Below, piece after piece: positions 40,691 to 48,678 of a DNA stretch of 64,000 nucleotides. Under the pieces are notes generated by a model. It did not search any database. It was not told the origin of the DNA and saw only the letters and a list, made by a program, of their open reading frames with translations. Source of the DNA: an uncultured Candidatus Saccharibacteria bacterium (lineage in GTDB: Bacteria > Patescibacteriota > Minisyncoccia > UBA6257 > GWB1-50-10); assembly GCA_964489845.1 (NCBI GenBank), contig CAZAZV010000002.1:770-64769 (forward strand), written 5' to 3'. The position numbers and the translations under genes were made by a program. How positions within the stretch are numbered: position 1 is the stretch's first letter; each line of letters opens with the position of its first letter.

Positions 40691-42610
40691 CTAGCAGGCG
40701 GAGAGTTTCAGTACTTTGACGAGTTTCGTAAGCGGAATGGTCGCGACGCAGCTCACACGGTCGGCCGCCCCGTAGTACACGAAGAGCGTGTCGCCGAGGA
40801 GCACTGTCCCGCAGGGGAACACAACGTTCGGCACATCGCCGCGCACCTCGTACGGCAGCTCCGGTTCCAGAATCGGATGGTCGGTGCGCCCAATAACTTC
40901 CACCGGATTTTTCAAATCCAAAAGCACGGCACCGACCCGATACACGCGGTCCTCCGAAATGCCGTGATACAGGAGCACCCACCCCGCCTTCGTCTTCACG
41001 GGCGGTGCGGCGGCTCCCACCTTCACCGCATCCCACCACCCTCGGCGCGGCGCGATCCACCGGTATTCCTCAAGCCACGCGTTGCCCGTGAACGCGAGTG
41101 AGCGGTTGAAACTCAAATCGATGTCATCTCCCCTCCGGTGCACGATGAGATACTTGCCGTCCACCTGCTCGGGGAAAACGAATGCGTCCTTGTCGTCGAA
41201 GTCCGGCGGCGAGAGCAGCACCGGCTTCGCCCATTTCCAGACGCGGGCGACGAAGTCGGCGGTGCGGAGAGAGGTGAGCGCGACGCGCGGCGGGTTCTTG
41301 CCGTCGAACGCGGTGTACGTGAGGTAGACGGTGTCGCCGATGCGCGTGAGGCGCGGGTCTTCGCAACCGGAGTTCGCGTGCGGAACGAGTTTCGTCTCAA
41401 ACGGCTCGCGCGGCACGTACACAGGCTCGGCGCTCCGCTCATCAATGTGGATGCCGTCCGCGCTCACCGCGTGGCCGAAGACCGACGTGTTATCCTCCGA
41501 CATCGCCCGGTACAGGAGGTGAACCTTCCCGTCGAGCACGAGTGCCGCCGGATTGAACGTCGATTTGCGCTCCCATCCGTGTCCGGTAATCGGCTCGATG
41601 ATGGGATTCGTCTTCGCGCGCACGAGGCGCACGTTCCGCTTCTCTTTCTCGCGCATCCCGTCGAGGAGAGATGAGAGTTTTATGGAAGCAAGCGCGCACA
41701 CGGTGTCCGCGGCGCCGTAATACAACCGCACCCGGTCGTTTTCCACGAGCGCGCCCGACGGAAACACCACGTTCGGCACCGAACCGATGCGCTCGTAGTA
41801 TTCGTCGGGGAGGAGTATCGGCATCTCGGTGCGCGCGACAATCCTGCGCGGTTCCTTCAGGTCCAAGAGCACCGCCTCGACGGTGAAAAGCGCGCGTCCT
41901 GCGAAATAGCCGCGCACGTACGCGTAAAAGATGAGCCAGCCGTATTTCGTCTTCACGGGCGGCGCTCCGTTCTCGATCAAATCCTGCGGCGAGCGCGCCA
42001 AGGGCAGCGCGTACTTCTCGAAATTCTGATGCCATTTGTTCCAGTACGCCTCGGACCAGATATCACTCGGCTTATTGAAGGGAACGACGCAAATCTTCTC
42101 AGGCGGCATATCGGTGTGCACCGTGAGAATTCCCCACAGCTTCCCGCCGATTTTCTCGGGGAAAAGCGCCATACCCTTCGCGTTGAACGGTGTGACGGGA
42201 TGCTTCTCCGTCACCGTTTTCAAATCCTTGGAGAGCGCGACGCCCACCCGAATGCCATCAGCGCGGAAGGGATACGCGGAAAGCGCCGTATAAAAGACGT
42301 AGTAGGTCCCGTCGAGCTCGGTGACGCGCGGGTCCTCGCACCCGAATCGTTCCCACGGCTCCTCGGGAACGATAAATCGCCGCCGAGCGCCGAACGAAAC
42401 GCCGTCGGTGCTCTGCGCGATACCGATGTCGGAAACCATCATCCGCGTTCCCGCAGCCGTGTGGTAATGCGGAAGCGAAAGGGCGCGGTAGAGGAGGTAC
42501 GTGTACTTCCCCCGCTTCACGGGACAGCCGTTGAAAACAGCCGCCGCTTCCCACGGATGCTTTGGGTCCGGCGTCAGAATCGGATTGCGCGCTTCTCGTT
42601 TGATAACCAT
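40691..42610 (-). CDS. Tandem two-domain GH130-family glycosidase/phosphorylase
   Basis: Two copies of NPI..FN..LYRA..GCEDPR..FPE..G.VPNVVFP.G..YYGAAD. Confidence 0.9.
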   Translation of the reverse strand: MVIKREARNPILTPDPKHPWEAAAVFNGCPVKRGKYTYLLYRALSLPHYHTAAGTRMMVSDIGIAQSTDGVSFGARRRFIVPEEPWERFGCEDPRVTELDGTYYVFYTALSAYPFRADGIRVGVALSKDLKTVTEKHPVTPFNAKGMALFPEKIGGKLWGILTVHTDMPPEKICVVPFNKPSDIWSEAYWNKWHQNFEKYALPLARSPQDLIENGAPPVKTKYGWLIFYAYVRGYFAGRALFTVEAVLLDLKEPRRIVARTEMPILLPDEYYERIGSVPNVVFPSGALVENDRVRLYYGAADTVCALASIKLSSLLDGMREKEKRNVRLVRAKTNPIIEPITGHGWERKSTFNPAALVLDGKVHLLYRAMSEDNTSVFGHAVSADGIHIDERSAEPVYVPREPFETKLVPHANSGCEDPRLTRIGDTVYLTYTAFDGKNPPRVALTSLRTADFVARVWKWAKPVLLSPPDFDDKDAFVFPEQVDGKYLIVHRRGDDIDLSFNRSLAFTGNAWLEEYRWIAPRRGWWDAVKVGAAAPPVKTKAGWVLLYHGISEDRVYRVGAVLLDLKNPVEVIGRTDHPILEPELPYEVRGDVPNVVFPCGTVLLGDTLFVYYGAADRVSCVATIPLTKLVKVLKLSAC

Positions 42611-42622
42611 ATGCCTGTCCCG

Positions 42623-43819
42623 CTATCGTACCTCCAGGATGCGGCGCCGCAATGTCGGCCGCTTCTCGCGAGTCAACTCGTCCATGAACGTATCGAAATC
42701 GCCGTATGCGGCGCAGACATAGCTGTCGGCACCGCCGTAGTAGAGATACAGCACGCCGTCCTTCACCACCGCACCGGACGCGTAGACAACGCCTCGCTTG
42801 AACCCGTCGTTTTCGTACACGGCATCCGGTTCCAGAATCGGTTCGGGCGCGCGATACAAAACGTGCGTCGGGTCTTCGAGGTCGAGAAGCATCGCTCCCA
42901 CCTTGTACTTTCCCGGCTCATACTCGTCGATGGCATGATAAAAGAGCAGCCACCCGCGCGGCGTCTTCAGGGGCGGCGCACCCGCGCCGCGCACAAACGT
43001 GTCCCACGAGTCGCGGCGGCGTCCCCCGCCGTATTCGCTCTCGATGTATTGCCCCGGCGGGAAATCGAGCGAGTCGAGATATGCGATGGAAATTGAGGGA
43101 TTGATGCTGTGGAGCAAGGCGTACTTGCCGCGGATTTTCTCCGGAAACAAAACCCAATTCTTGTGCACCTGTCCCGGCGGAGAAATCAGCATTGGCGCTT
43201 TCCACGTCCACCGCTTGTGCAGAAAATCGTCGACGCCAATCGACGTAAGGCCGACGCGCAATCCGTCGTCGCACGCCGTGTACGTCATATAGAGCGTGTC
43301 TTCGCCTCCCACGCGAACGATGCGCGCATCTTCGCATCCGCCCCAACTCCCGCCGGAAGCGAACGAGTAAACGCTCCAGACACGGTCCTTCACCCGATGT
43401 TCGTATACCGGATGCGGGAGACGCTCGCGAACAGTGAGACCGTCGGGTGACGAAGCGTACCCCAGCCGCGAAATGCCGTCTCCGCCGATCGCGCGATAGA
43501 GGAAATGGACGACGTCCGAGAGCGACACGACGCCGGGATTGAATGTTTGCCACGCCTCCCAATCGTGCTGCGGCTCGGGAACGATGAGCGGGTTCTCTTC
43601 CGGTTTGACAAATCTGGTAAAGTACGACCGGGGTGCTCGAGTCGCTTTCTTTCTCACCACTCGGCGCGTTGTCCGCCGGGATACTCGAGATGTTTTCGTG
43701 CGAGATGTTCGGGGTGTCTTCTTTCGGGACACCCGGGATGGTTTCCTCCTGCTGATTGTTTTCTTTTTAGCCAACTTTTTAACAATCCTCTGCGAGGTAT
43801 CCTTCATGATGCTTCTCAT
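42623..43819 (-). CDS. GH130-family protein with K/R-rich N-terminal repeats
   Basis: FNPG, LYRA, GCEDAR, HKNWVLFPE, YYGGAD; start inferred. Confidence 0.88.
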   Translation of the reverse strand: MRSIMKDTSQRIVKKLAKKKTISRRKPSRVSRKKTPRTSRTKTSRVSRRTTRRVVRKKATRAPRSYFTRFVKPEENPLIVPEPQHDWEAWQTFNPGVVSLSDVVHFLYRAIGGDGISRLGYASSPDGLTVRERLPHPVYEHRVKDRVWSVYSFASGGSWGGCEDARIVRVGGEDTLYMTYTACDDGLRVGLTSIGVDDFLHKRWTWKAPMLISPPGQVHKNWVLFPEKIRGKYALLHSINPSISIAYLDSLDFPPGQYIESEYGGGRRRDSWDTFVRGAGAPPLKTPRGWLLFYHAIDEYEPGKYKVGAMLLDLEDPTHVLYRAPEPILEPDAVYENDGFKRGVVYASGAVVKDGVLYLYYGGADSYVCAAYGDFDTFMDELTREKRPTLRRRILEVR

Positions 43820-43851
43820 TATATCACACGTATGGTAAGGTAAGTTTTTGT

Positions 43852-44316
43852 ATGGTTGTGGATATCGTAAAGACGTTCCTGCTCTCGATGCTCCCCATCG
43901 GAGAGCTGCGCGCGTCGCTCCCCGTGGCGCTCGCGGCATACCATCTCCCGCTCCCCGCCGCCTATCTCGCGGCGGTCGCGGGCAACATCGTACCGGTTGT
44001 CGTACTGCTCTGCTCGCTTGATGCCATCGTGAACTACTTCTCGGCGAAATTTTCTTTCTGCAAGCGTTTCTTCGAGAAACTCTTCGAAAAAACAGGCAAA
44101 AGGCACTCGAAAGAATTCGAGCTTTTCAAGGCATTCGCGCTCTTCGTCATCACCGCGATGCCGCTTCCCGTCGTGGGCGGCGCGTGGACGGCAACGCTCG
44201 CCGCATTCGTCCTCCGTATTCCTCCGCGCAAAGCGATTCCGCTCATCTCGCTCGGCATCGCGGTCGCCGGCATTATCGTCGCCTTCTTCACGTACGGCGT
44301 GGAAAGAATTTTCTGA
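43852..44316 (+). CDS. Small multi-drug export family membrane protein
   Basis: SMLPIGELRASLP, PLP..GAWT. Confidence 0.85.
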   Translation: MVVDIVKTFLLSMLPIGELRASLPVALAAYHLPLPAAYLAAVAGNIVPVVVLLCSLDAIVNYFSAKFSFCKRFFEKLFEKTGKRHSKEFELFKAFALFVITAMPLPVVGGAWTATLAAFVLRIPPRKAIPLISLGIAVAGIIVAFFTYGVERIF

Positions 44317-44336
44317 CACCGATATAATCAAATTAC

Positions 44337-44720
44337 ATGGGAAAAAAGCAGAAACAGTTTGCGCTCTGGGGTGTCGCAGGCGTTCTCCTCGCCGGTTTCG
44401 TCGGATGGCAGATATACGTGGCGCATGAACCGGGCAAGTACGACGCATTCGCGGCGTGTCTCAAAGATAAAGGCGCCACGTTCTACGGCGCGTTCTGGTG
44501 TCCGCACTGTCACGACCAGAAGAACCTCTTCGGAAATTCCGCGCGGCTGCTCCCGTATGTAGAATGCTCGACGCCCGACGGGCAAGGTGAGCTCCCCGCC
44601 TGCAACGCGCAAAACATCCAGGAATATCCAACATGGGTCTTCGCGGACGGCTCGCGGCAAACCGGCGTCATGTCGCTCGAGGACCTTTCCCAAAAAACGG
44701 GCTGCTCACTCCCCCAATAA
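44337..44720 (+). CDS. Membrane-anchored thioredoxin-like protein
   Basis: YGAFWCPHC..QK..FG, YVEC, YPTW. Confidence 0.88.
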   Translation: MGKKQKQFALWGVAGVLLAGFVGWQIYVAHEPGKYDAFAACLKDKGATFYGAFWCPHCHDQKNLFGNSARLLPYVECSTPDGQGELPACNAQNIQEYPTWVFADGSRQTGVMSLEDLSQKTGCSLPQ

Positions 44721-45274
44721 TGATTAACTTCGTAAACCTCATACTCGCTGCCGGCGCCGTCGGCGGACAGATTTTCATCGTCCTCCTCGCCGTCTCGCTC
44801 ATAACCAGCACGAACCGCGCCCTCGTTGCGTGGGTGGGTGGGCGCGCCATGCCCCTTTCATTCCTCGTCGCGTGCTTCGCGACGCTCGGCAGTTTGTTCT
44901 ACTCGGCAATCGCCCACTACCTGCCGTGCGAGCTTTGCTGGGTCGAGCGGGCTGTGCTCTATCCGCAGATTCCGCTCTTCGGTGCGGCGTTTCTCAAGAA
45001 ATTCAAAACATCGAAACACGTCGCGAACATCGGCATCGCGCTCTCGTTCATCGGGGCGCTCGTCTCCGCCTACCACTCGCTCCTCCAGATGGGAGTCGTC
45101 TCCGGTGGCTTGTGCGCCGCACTCGGTCCCGTCTCGTGCGCGAAGGTGTACGTGCTGGAATTCGGCTACATCACGATGCCGCTCATGGCATGCACCGCGT
45201 TCCTGCTCGTCGCGGTACTCCTCTTCGCAAAAAAATCCGTTGACAAGCGCGCCATCGCGGACTACGCTTCGTGA
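44720..45274 (+). CDS. dsbB: Disulfide bond formation protein DsbB/BdbC
   Basis: GSLFYS..PCELCW.ER, YH, C..C..FGYITMP; start at MINFV. Confidence 0.88.
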   Translation: MINFVNLILAAGAVGGQIFIVLLAVSLITSTNRALVAWVGGRAMPLSFLVACFATLGSLFYSAIAHYLPCELCWVERAVLYPQIPLFGAAFLKKFKTSKHVANIGIALSFIGALVSAYHSLLQMGVVSGGLCAALGPVSCAKVYVLEFGYITMPLMACTAFLLVAVLLFAKKSVDKRAIADYAS

Positions 45275-45303
45275 TAGAAATTTAAGCAGAGGAGGGTAAG
45301 GAA

Positions 45304-45762
45304 ATGACCGAAGTGTGGTGCGCCGACGACCTCAGGCGTCTCGGGAAAGCGCGTTCCTATACCGAGCTGCTCGCCGTTGCTCTCGAAGTGGCGCGACGGC
45401 TGCCGACCCCCGTATCCGAAGTATGCGGTCCGGTCACGACGGGCGGAAAGGGTTCCCTCACGGAAAATCTCAAGTGGTTCGGGAAAGCGATCGAGTATCT
45501 GAAAGAAGGCGGACACAACGTGTTCGACCAGCGCCCGGTGGAACCCCACCTGCAGCGCCTTACGTACGACGCCCCGGCAGACGGCTATCCCGTAAGCATC
45601 CTGTACGATTTCTACCTCCCGCTCTTCGAGTCGGGTGCGATACACCGGATGCACTTCATGCCGGAATGGGAAACATCCGTCGGAGCCCGCTGGGAACGGG
45701 AACAGGCCGAACGCTTAGGCATCGAAATCATCGACTTCCCCTTTAATTGGGATCCTATCTAA
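45304..45762 (+). CDS. Hypothetical protein, DUF4406/nucleoside deoxyribosyltransferase-like
   Basis: VCGPVT, W.TS.GA.WE...A pattern; GGAGG SD. Confidence 0.7.
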   Translation: MTEVWCADDLRRLGKARSYTELLAVALEVARRLPTPVSEVCGPVTTGGKGSLTENLKWFGKAIEYLKEGGHNVFDQRPVEPHLQRLTYDAPADGYPVSILYDFYLPLFESGAIHRMHFMPEWETSVGARWEREQAERLGIEIIDFPFNWDPI

Positions 45763-45768
45763 ACAAAT

Positions 45769-45796
45769 CCGCCGAGTGGCTTCACTCGGCGGTTTC
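45769..45796 (+). terminator. Hairpin terminator
   Basis: CCGCCGAGTG-GCTT-CACTCGGCGG-TTT. Confidence 0.7.
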
Positions 45797-45850
45797 CATG
45801 CTCCCCCTATCCGGCCTTTGCGCCCCTCAACGAGTATATCAGTTATATGA

Positions 45851-45865
45851 GTGCGGCTAGCGAGA
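45851..45865 (-). repeat. 15-bp duplicate of the tRNA-Gly 3' end
   Basis: GTGCGGCTAGCGAGA identical to 46082-46096. Confidence 0.85.
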
Positions 45866-46029
45866 CGCTCGCCGGAAAACAGGCTCGCTATCGGACAAGA
45901 GTTCCGCTTCGGCGGAACTCTTCCAGAAACCCACGGTTTCCGGCTCTCGTCGCTCCGCTCCTCGCTGCTTTCCTCAACGGAAGGGGTTCAGTAGCTCCCC
46001 TTCCGACTCATCCCCCGTTCGATTCTCGC
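45866..46029 (+). mobile_element. Structured element family A, copy 3
   Basis: CCAGAAACCCAC.GTTTCCGGC.CTCGTCG...CTCCTCG.TGCTTTCCTC.ACGG shared with copy 2; ends GTTCGATTCTCGC, complementary to 46091-46103. Confidence 0.78.
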
Positions 46030-46044
46030 AATCCATGACAAAAG

Positions 46045-46079
46045 ATATGAAAACACCCCGTAACGGGGTGTTTTCATAT
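46045..46079 (-). terminator. Terminator after tRNA-Gly
   Basis: ATATGAAAACACCCCG-TAA-CGGGGTGTTTTCATAT. Confidence 0.8.
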
Positions 46080-46082
46080 CTG

Positions 46083-46153
46083 TGCGGCTAGCGAGAATCG
46101 AACTCGCGCCTGCTGCTTGGGAAGCAGCCGTCCTGCCACTAAACGATAGCCGC
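46083..46153 (-). tRNA. tRNA-Gly(CCC)
   Basis: Acceptor GCGGCTA/TAGCCGC, anticodon arm GCTGC-TTCCCAA-GCAGC, T arm GCGAG-TTCGATT-CTCGC; CCA not encoded. Confidence 0.95.
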
Positions 46154-46160
46154 CATAATT

Positions 46161-46275
46161 CTCGAAATCTCCGATTTCGCTAGAATTATGAGCGTCCCGT
46201 TACGCGGGACTTCACAACTCCTCGAAATCTCCGATTTCGCTAGAATTATGAGCGTCCCGTTACTTGCGGGACCTC
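46161..46275. repeat. 60-bp-period tandem duplication between tRNA-Gly and metG
   Basis: CTCGAAATCTCCGATTTCGCTAGAATTATGAGCGTCCCGTTAC at 46161 and 46221. Confidence 0.92.
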
Positions 46276-46276
46276 A

Positions 46277-47917
46277 TCATTCTGTTTTGCCAATCTCGAT
46301 TTTTTCAAACAACGATTCAACCTTCCCTATAGTAGCCCGTTTCAGGGCATCGCGTAAATCGCCCGCCGCATCGTCTTTCCAGTCGGGGAACTCGACGCCG
46401 GTCATACGAGCGAGCTTCTCCACGGTGTCCGGGAGAAGCGGTGCGAGCGTGAGCTGCAGCGCGAGAACGATGAAAAGGGCGTTTCCGACGATCGCTTCCT
46501 TTTCGTCTCCCTCTTTTTTCCATGGCGACGCGCCGGTGAGGTACTTGTTTCCGAAATCGGAGAGCGCGAGGACGGCGTTCAGGTACTCCCGGAACGATAC
46601 GCGCTCGAGCGCATGCTCGGCTTCGTGAACCCGCCGCTCGACCTCGGCTGCAACCGCCGCATTGACGCTTCCGCCGAGCGTCATGCCCGCCGCGAGCGTG
46701 AGTGTCCGGTTCACGAAGTTCCCGAGATTGCCGATGAGCACGTTGTTGTGCTTCTCCGCGAAATCGCTCCAGCCGAAACTCGTGTCTGCATACTCCGGCA
46801 TAATGTACGTGAGATAGAAGCGCACGGCATCACGCCCGTGTTTCGCGACAAACTCGCGCGAATCAACGGTGACTCCCCTGCTTTTGGAAAACTGTTTGCC
46901 GCCGAGCGTGAGGAACTGGTTGATGGAGACGACATCGGGAAGATGCAGGCGCTCGTCGTACCCGTGGAGTTCCGCGGGCCAAAACATCGTGTGAAACGGT
47001 AGATTGTCCTTGCCCATAAAATAGTAGTGCGCCGCGAGGTCGCTGTACCACCACTCCTTCCAGTCGCCGTTCCCGCGCTCACTCCACTCGCGCGATGCGG
47101 TGTAGTATCCCATCACCGCTTCCCACCAGACGTAAAACCGCTTGTGCTCGATGTCGTCAATTCGCTCTGCGGGAGAAATGGCATCGACGGGAAATGGGAC
47201 GCCCCACTCGATGTTCCTGCTGAACGCCCGCGCTTCGAGCCCGCGCTCGAGCCATGCTTCCGTCTCGCACCGCACCCACTCTTTCCATTGCCCCGCGTGC
47301 TTCTGCACGTACGATTCAATAAACGGCTGCAGTTTCTTGAGGTCGAAGAAATAGTGTTCGCTCGCCTTGAGTTCAACTGGTTCCCCGCTCAGTGTACTCT
47401 TCGGTTCTTTGAGCTCGCCTTCCCCGATGACGCGTCCGCACGTATCGCACTGGTCGCTGCGCGCTCCTACTGCGCCGCAGTACGGACACACGCCTTCGAC
47501 ATATCGGTCGGGCAAAAATTTCTCCGCCTTCGGGTCGTAATATTGTTCCCGCGTATCTTTAAAGAGATATCCCTTCGCGAGAAAGCTCAGGAAAAATTCC
47601 TGCGCCAGCTTCTGATGGTTCTCGGTTGCCGTCTTCGTAAACAAATCGAAACTGATGCCCACCTCCTCGAACAGTTTGACGTGCCTCGGGTGGTACTCGT
47701 CGACGATATCCTGCGGTGAGACACCCCGTTTGTCCGCCTCGACGGTCGTCGGCGTACCGTAACAATCGGAACCGGATACCATAAGTACCCGGTTTCCCCG
47801 CAAGCGCGAGAAGCGCGCGAATATGTCGGCGGGCAAGAGGTAACCCGCGAGGTGCCCGACATGCAAGTCACCATTCACATACGGCCACGCGACGCCGATA
47901 AAAATGTGCCGCTTCAT
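46277..47917 (-). CDS. metG: Methionine--tRNA ligase (no C-terminal tRNA-binding domain)
   Basis: PYVNGDLHVGH, GKDN.PFH, QFSKS; start reassigned to MKRHIF. Confidence 0.96.
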   Translation of the reverse strand: MKRHIFIGVAWPYVNGDLHVGHLAGYLLPADIFARFSRLRGNRVLMVSGSDCYGTPTTVEADKRGVSPQDIVDEYHPRHVKLFEEVGISFDLFTKTATENHQKLAQEFFLSFLAKGYLFKDTREQYYDPKAEKFLPDRYVEGVCPYCGAVGARSDQCDTCGRVIGEGELKEPKSTLSGEPVELKASEHYFFDLKKLQPFIESYVQKHAGQWKEWVRCETEAWLERGLEARAFSRNIEWGVPFPVDAISPAERIDDIEHKRFYVWWEAVMGYYTASREWSERGNGDWKEWWYSDLAAHYYFMGKDNLPFHTMFWPAELHGYDERLHLPDVVSINQFLTLGGKQFSKSRGVTVDSREFVAKHGRDAVRFYLTYIMPEYADTSFGWSDFAEKHNNVLIGNLGNFVNRTLTLAAGMTLGGSVNAAVAAEVERRVHEAEHALERVSFREYLNAVLALSDFGNKYLTGASPWKKEGDEKEAIVGNALFIVLALQLTLAPLLPDTVEKLARMTGVEFPDWKDDAAGDLRDALKRATIGKVESLFEKIEIGKTE

Positions 47918-47930
47918 CCCGATAGGTAAC

Positions 47931-48075
47931 AAAAAGGTCCCGCTCTGAGATTTACCCGGACTGACGCCAGGTGGGTTTCCGCAGCGGCAGATCCCTGAAC
48001 GAATCAGCGAATCGGCGCGATAATAGGAATCCCTGAGGTAATTGTTTTTGATCCGAAATCTGAAAAGCGAGACCT
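47931..48075 (-). ncRNA. ssrS: Probable 6S RNA
   Basis: Rod-like fold: closing stem GGTCTCGCTTT/AGAGCGGGACC, central bubble, inner stem GGATTCCT/AGGGATCT; TG-n-TATACT promoter and U-tail. Confidence 0.65.
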
Positions 48076-48092
48076 CTCCCAGTATACCACCG

Positions 48093-48674
48093 CTACTCGT
48101 CAACACCAAACCGCTTGTAGTCGAAGGCGGGGATTTCCCCGAACCAGTGCGCCATCTCGTGTGCCGCCTCCTCCTTGGTTTCCGAGGCGTGGACGAGGTT
48201 CATGACCGCCCGTTTTTCGGCATTCGCCAAAACGGGCGAATCTATCGAGAAATCGCCCCGTATAGTGCCCATATCGGCGGTCGAGGGTATCGTCGGACCG
48301 GCGATTTTACGCACCACATCCACGGCATGCAGGCCCTGGACTACCATTTTCACGAGGGGAGCTGAAACCATGTAGTCAACGAGCCACTTCCGCACCTGTG
48401 TCCCGATTTCGAGAGGGTCGGCCGTGCCGAGTTCTTTGAGGGGGTCGACGCCCTGCTGCTTGTATGTGCCGAGCGTTTTCTCGCCGAGGCGTTTCACCCA
48501 CGCCTCATCCTTCGGATAGTGGGCGTCAATTGCTTCGCGTGTCGGCCGGAACATCTCCAGGGCGACGATCTTCAAATCGCGCTGCTCGAAGCGGCGGATG
48601 ATTTCGCCGATGAGCCCCTTCCGCACCCCGTCGGGCTTCACCAGCACGAATGTTTTTTCTTCTTTTGGACTCAT
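48093..48674 (-). CDS. ndk: Nucleoside diphosphate kinase
   Basis: EKTFVLVKPDGV, GTIRGDF, NLVHAS. Confidence 0.96.
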   Translation of the reverse strand: MSPKEEKTFVLVKPDGVRKGLIGEIIRRFEQRDLKIVALEMFRPTREAIDAHYPKDEAWVKRLGEKTLGTYKQQGVDPLKELGTADPLEIGTQVRKWLVDYMVSAPLVKMVVQGLHAVDVVRKIAGPTIPSTADMGTIRGDFSIDSPVLANAEKRAVMNLVHASETKEEAAHEMAHWFGEIPAFDYKRFGVDE

Positions 48675-48678
48675 GGTT

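Noticed and set aside
46161-46275. CRISPR array
   Set aside because: Only two units, no unique spacers, and no cas genes in the window
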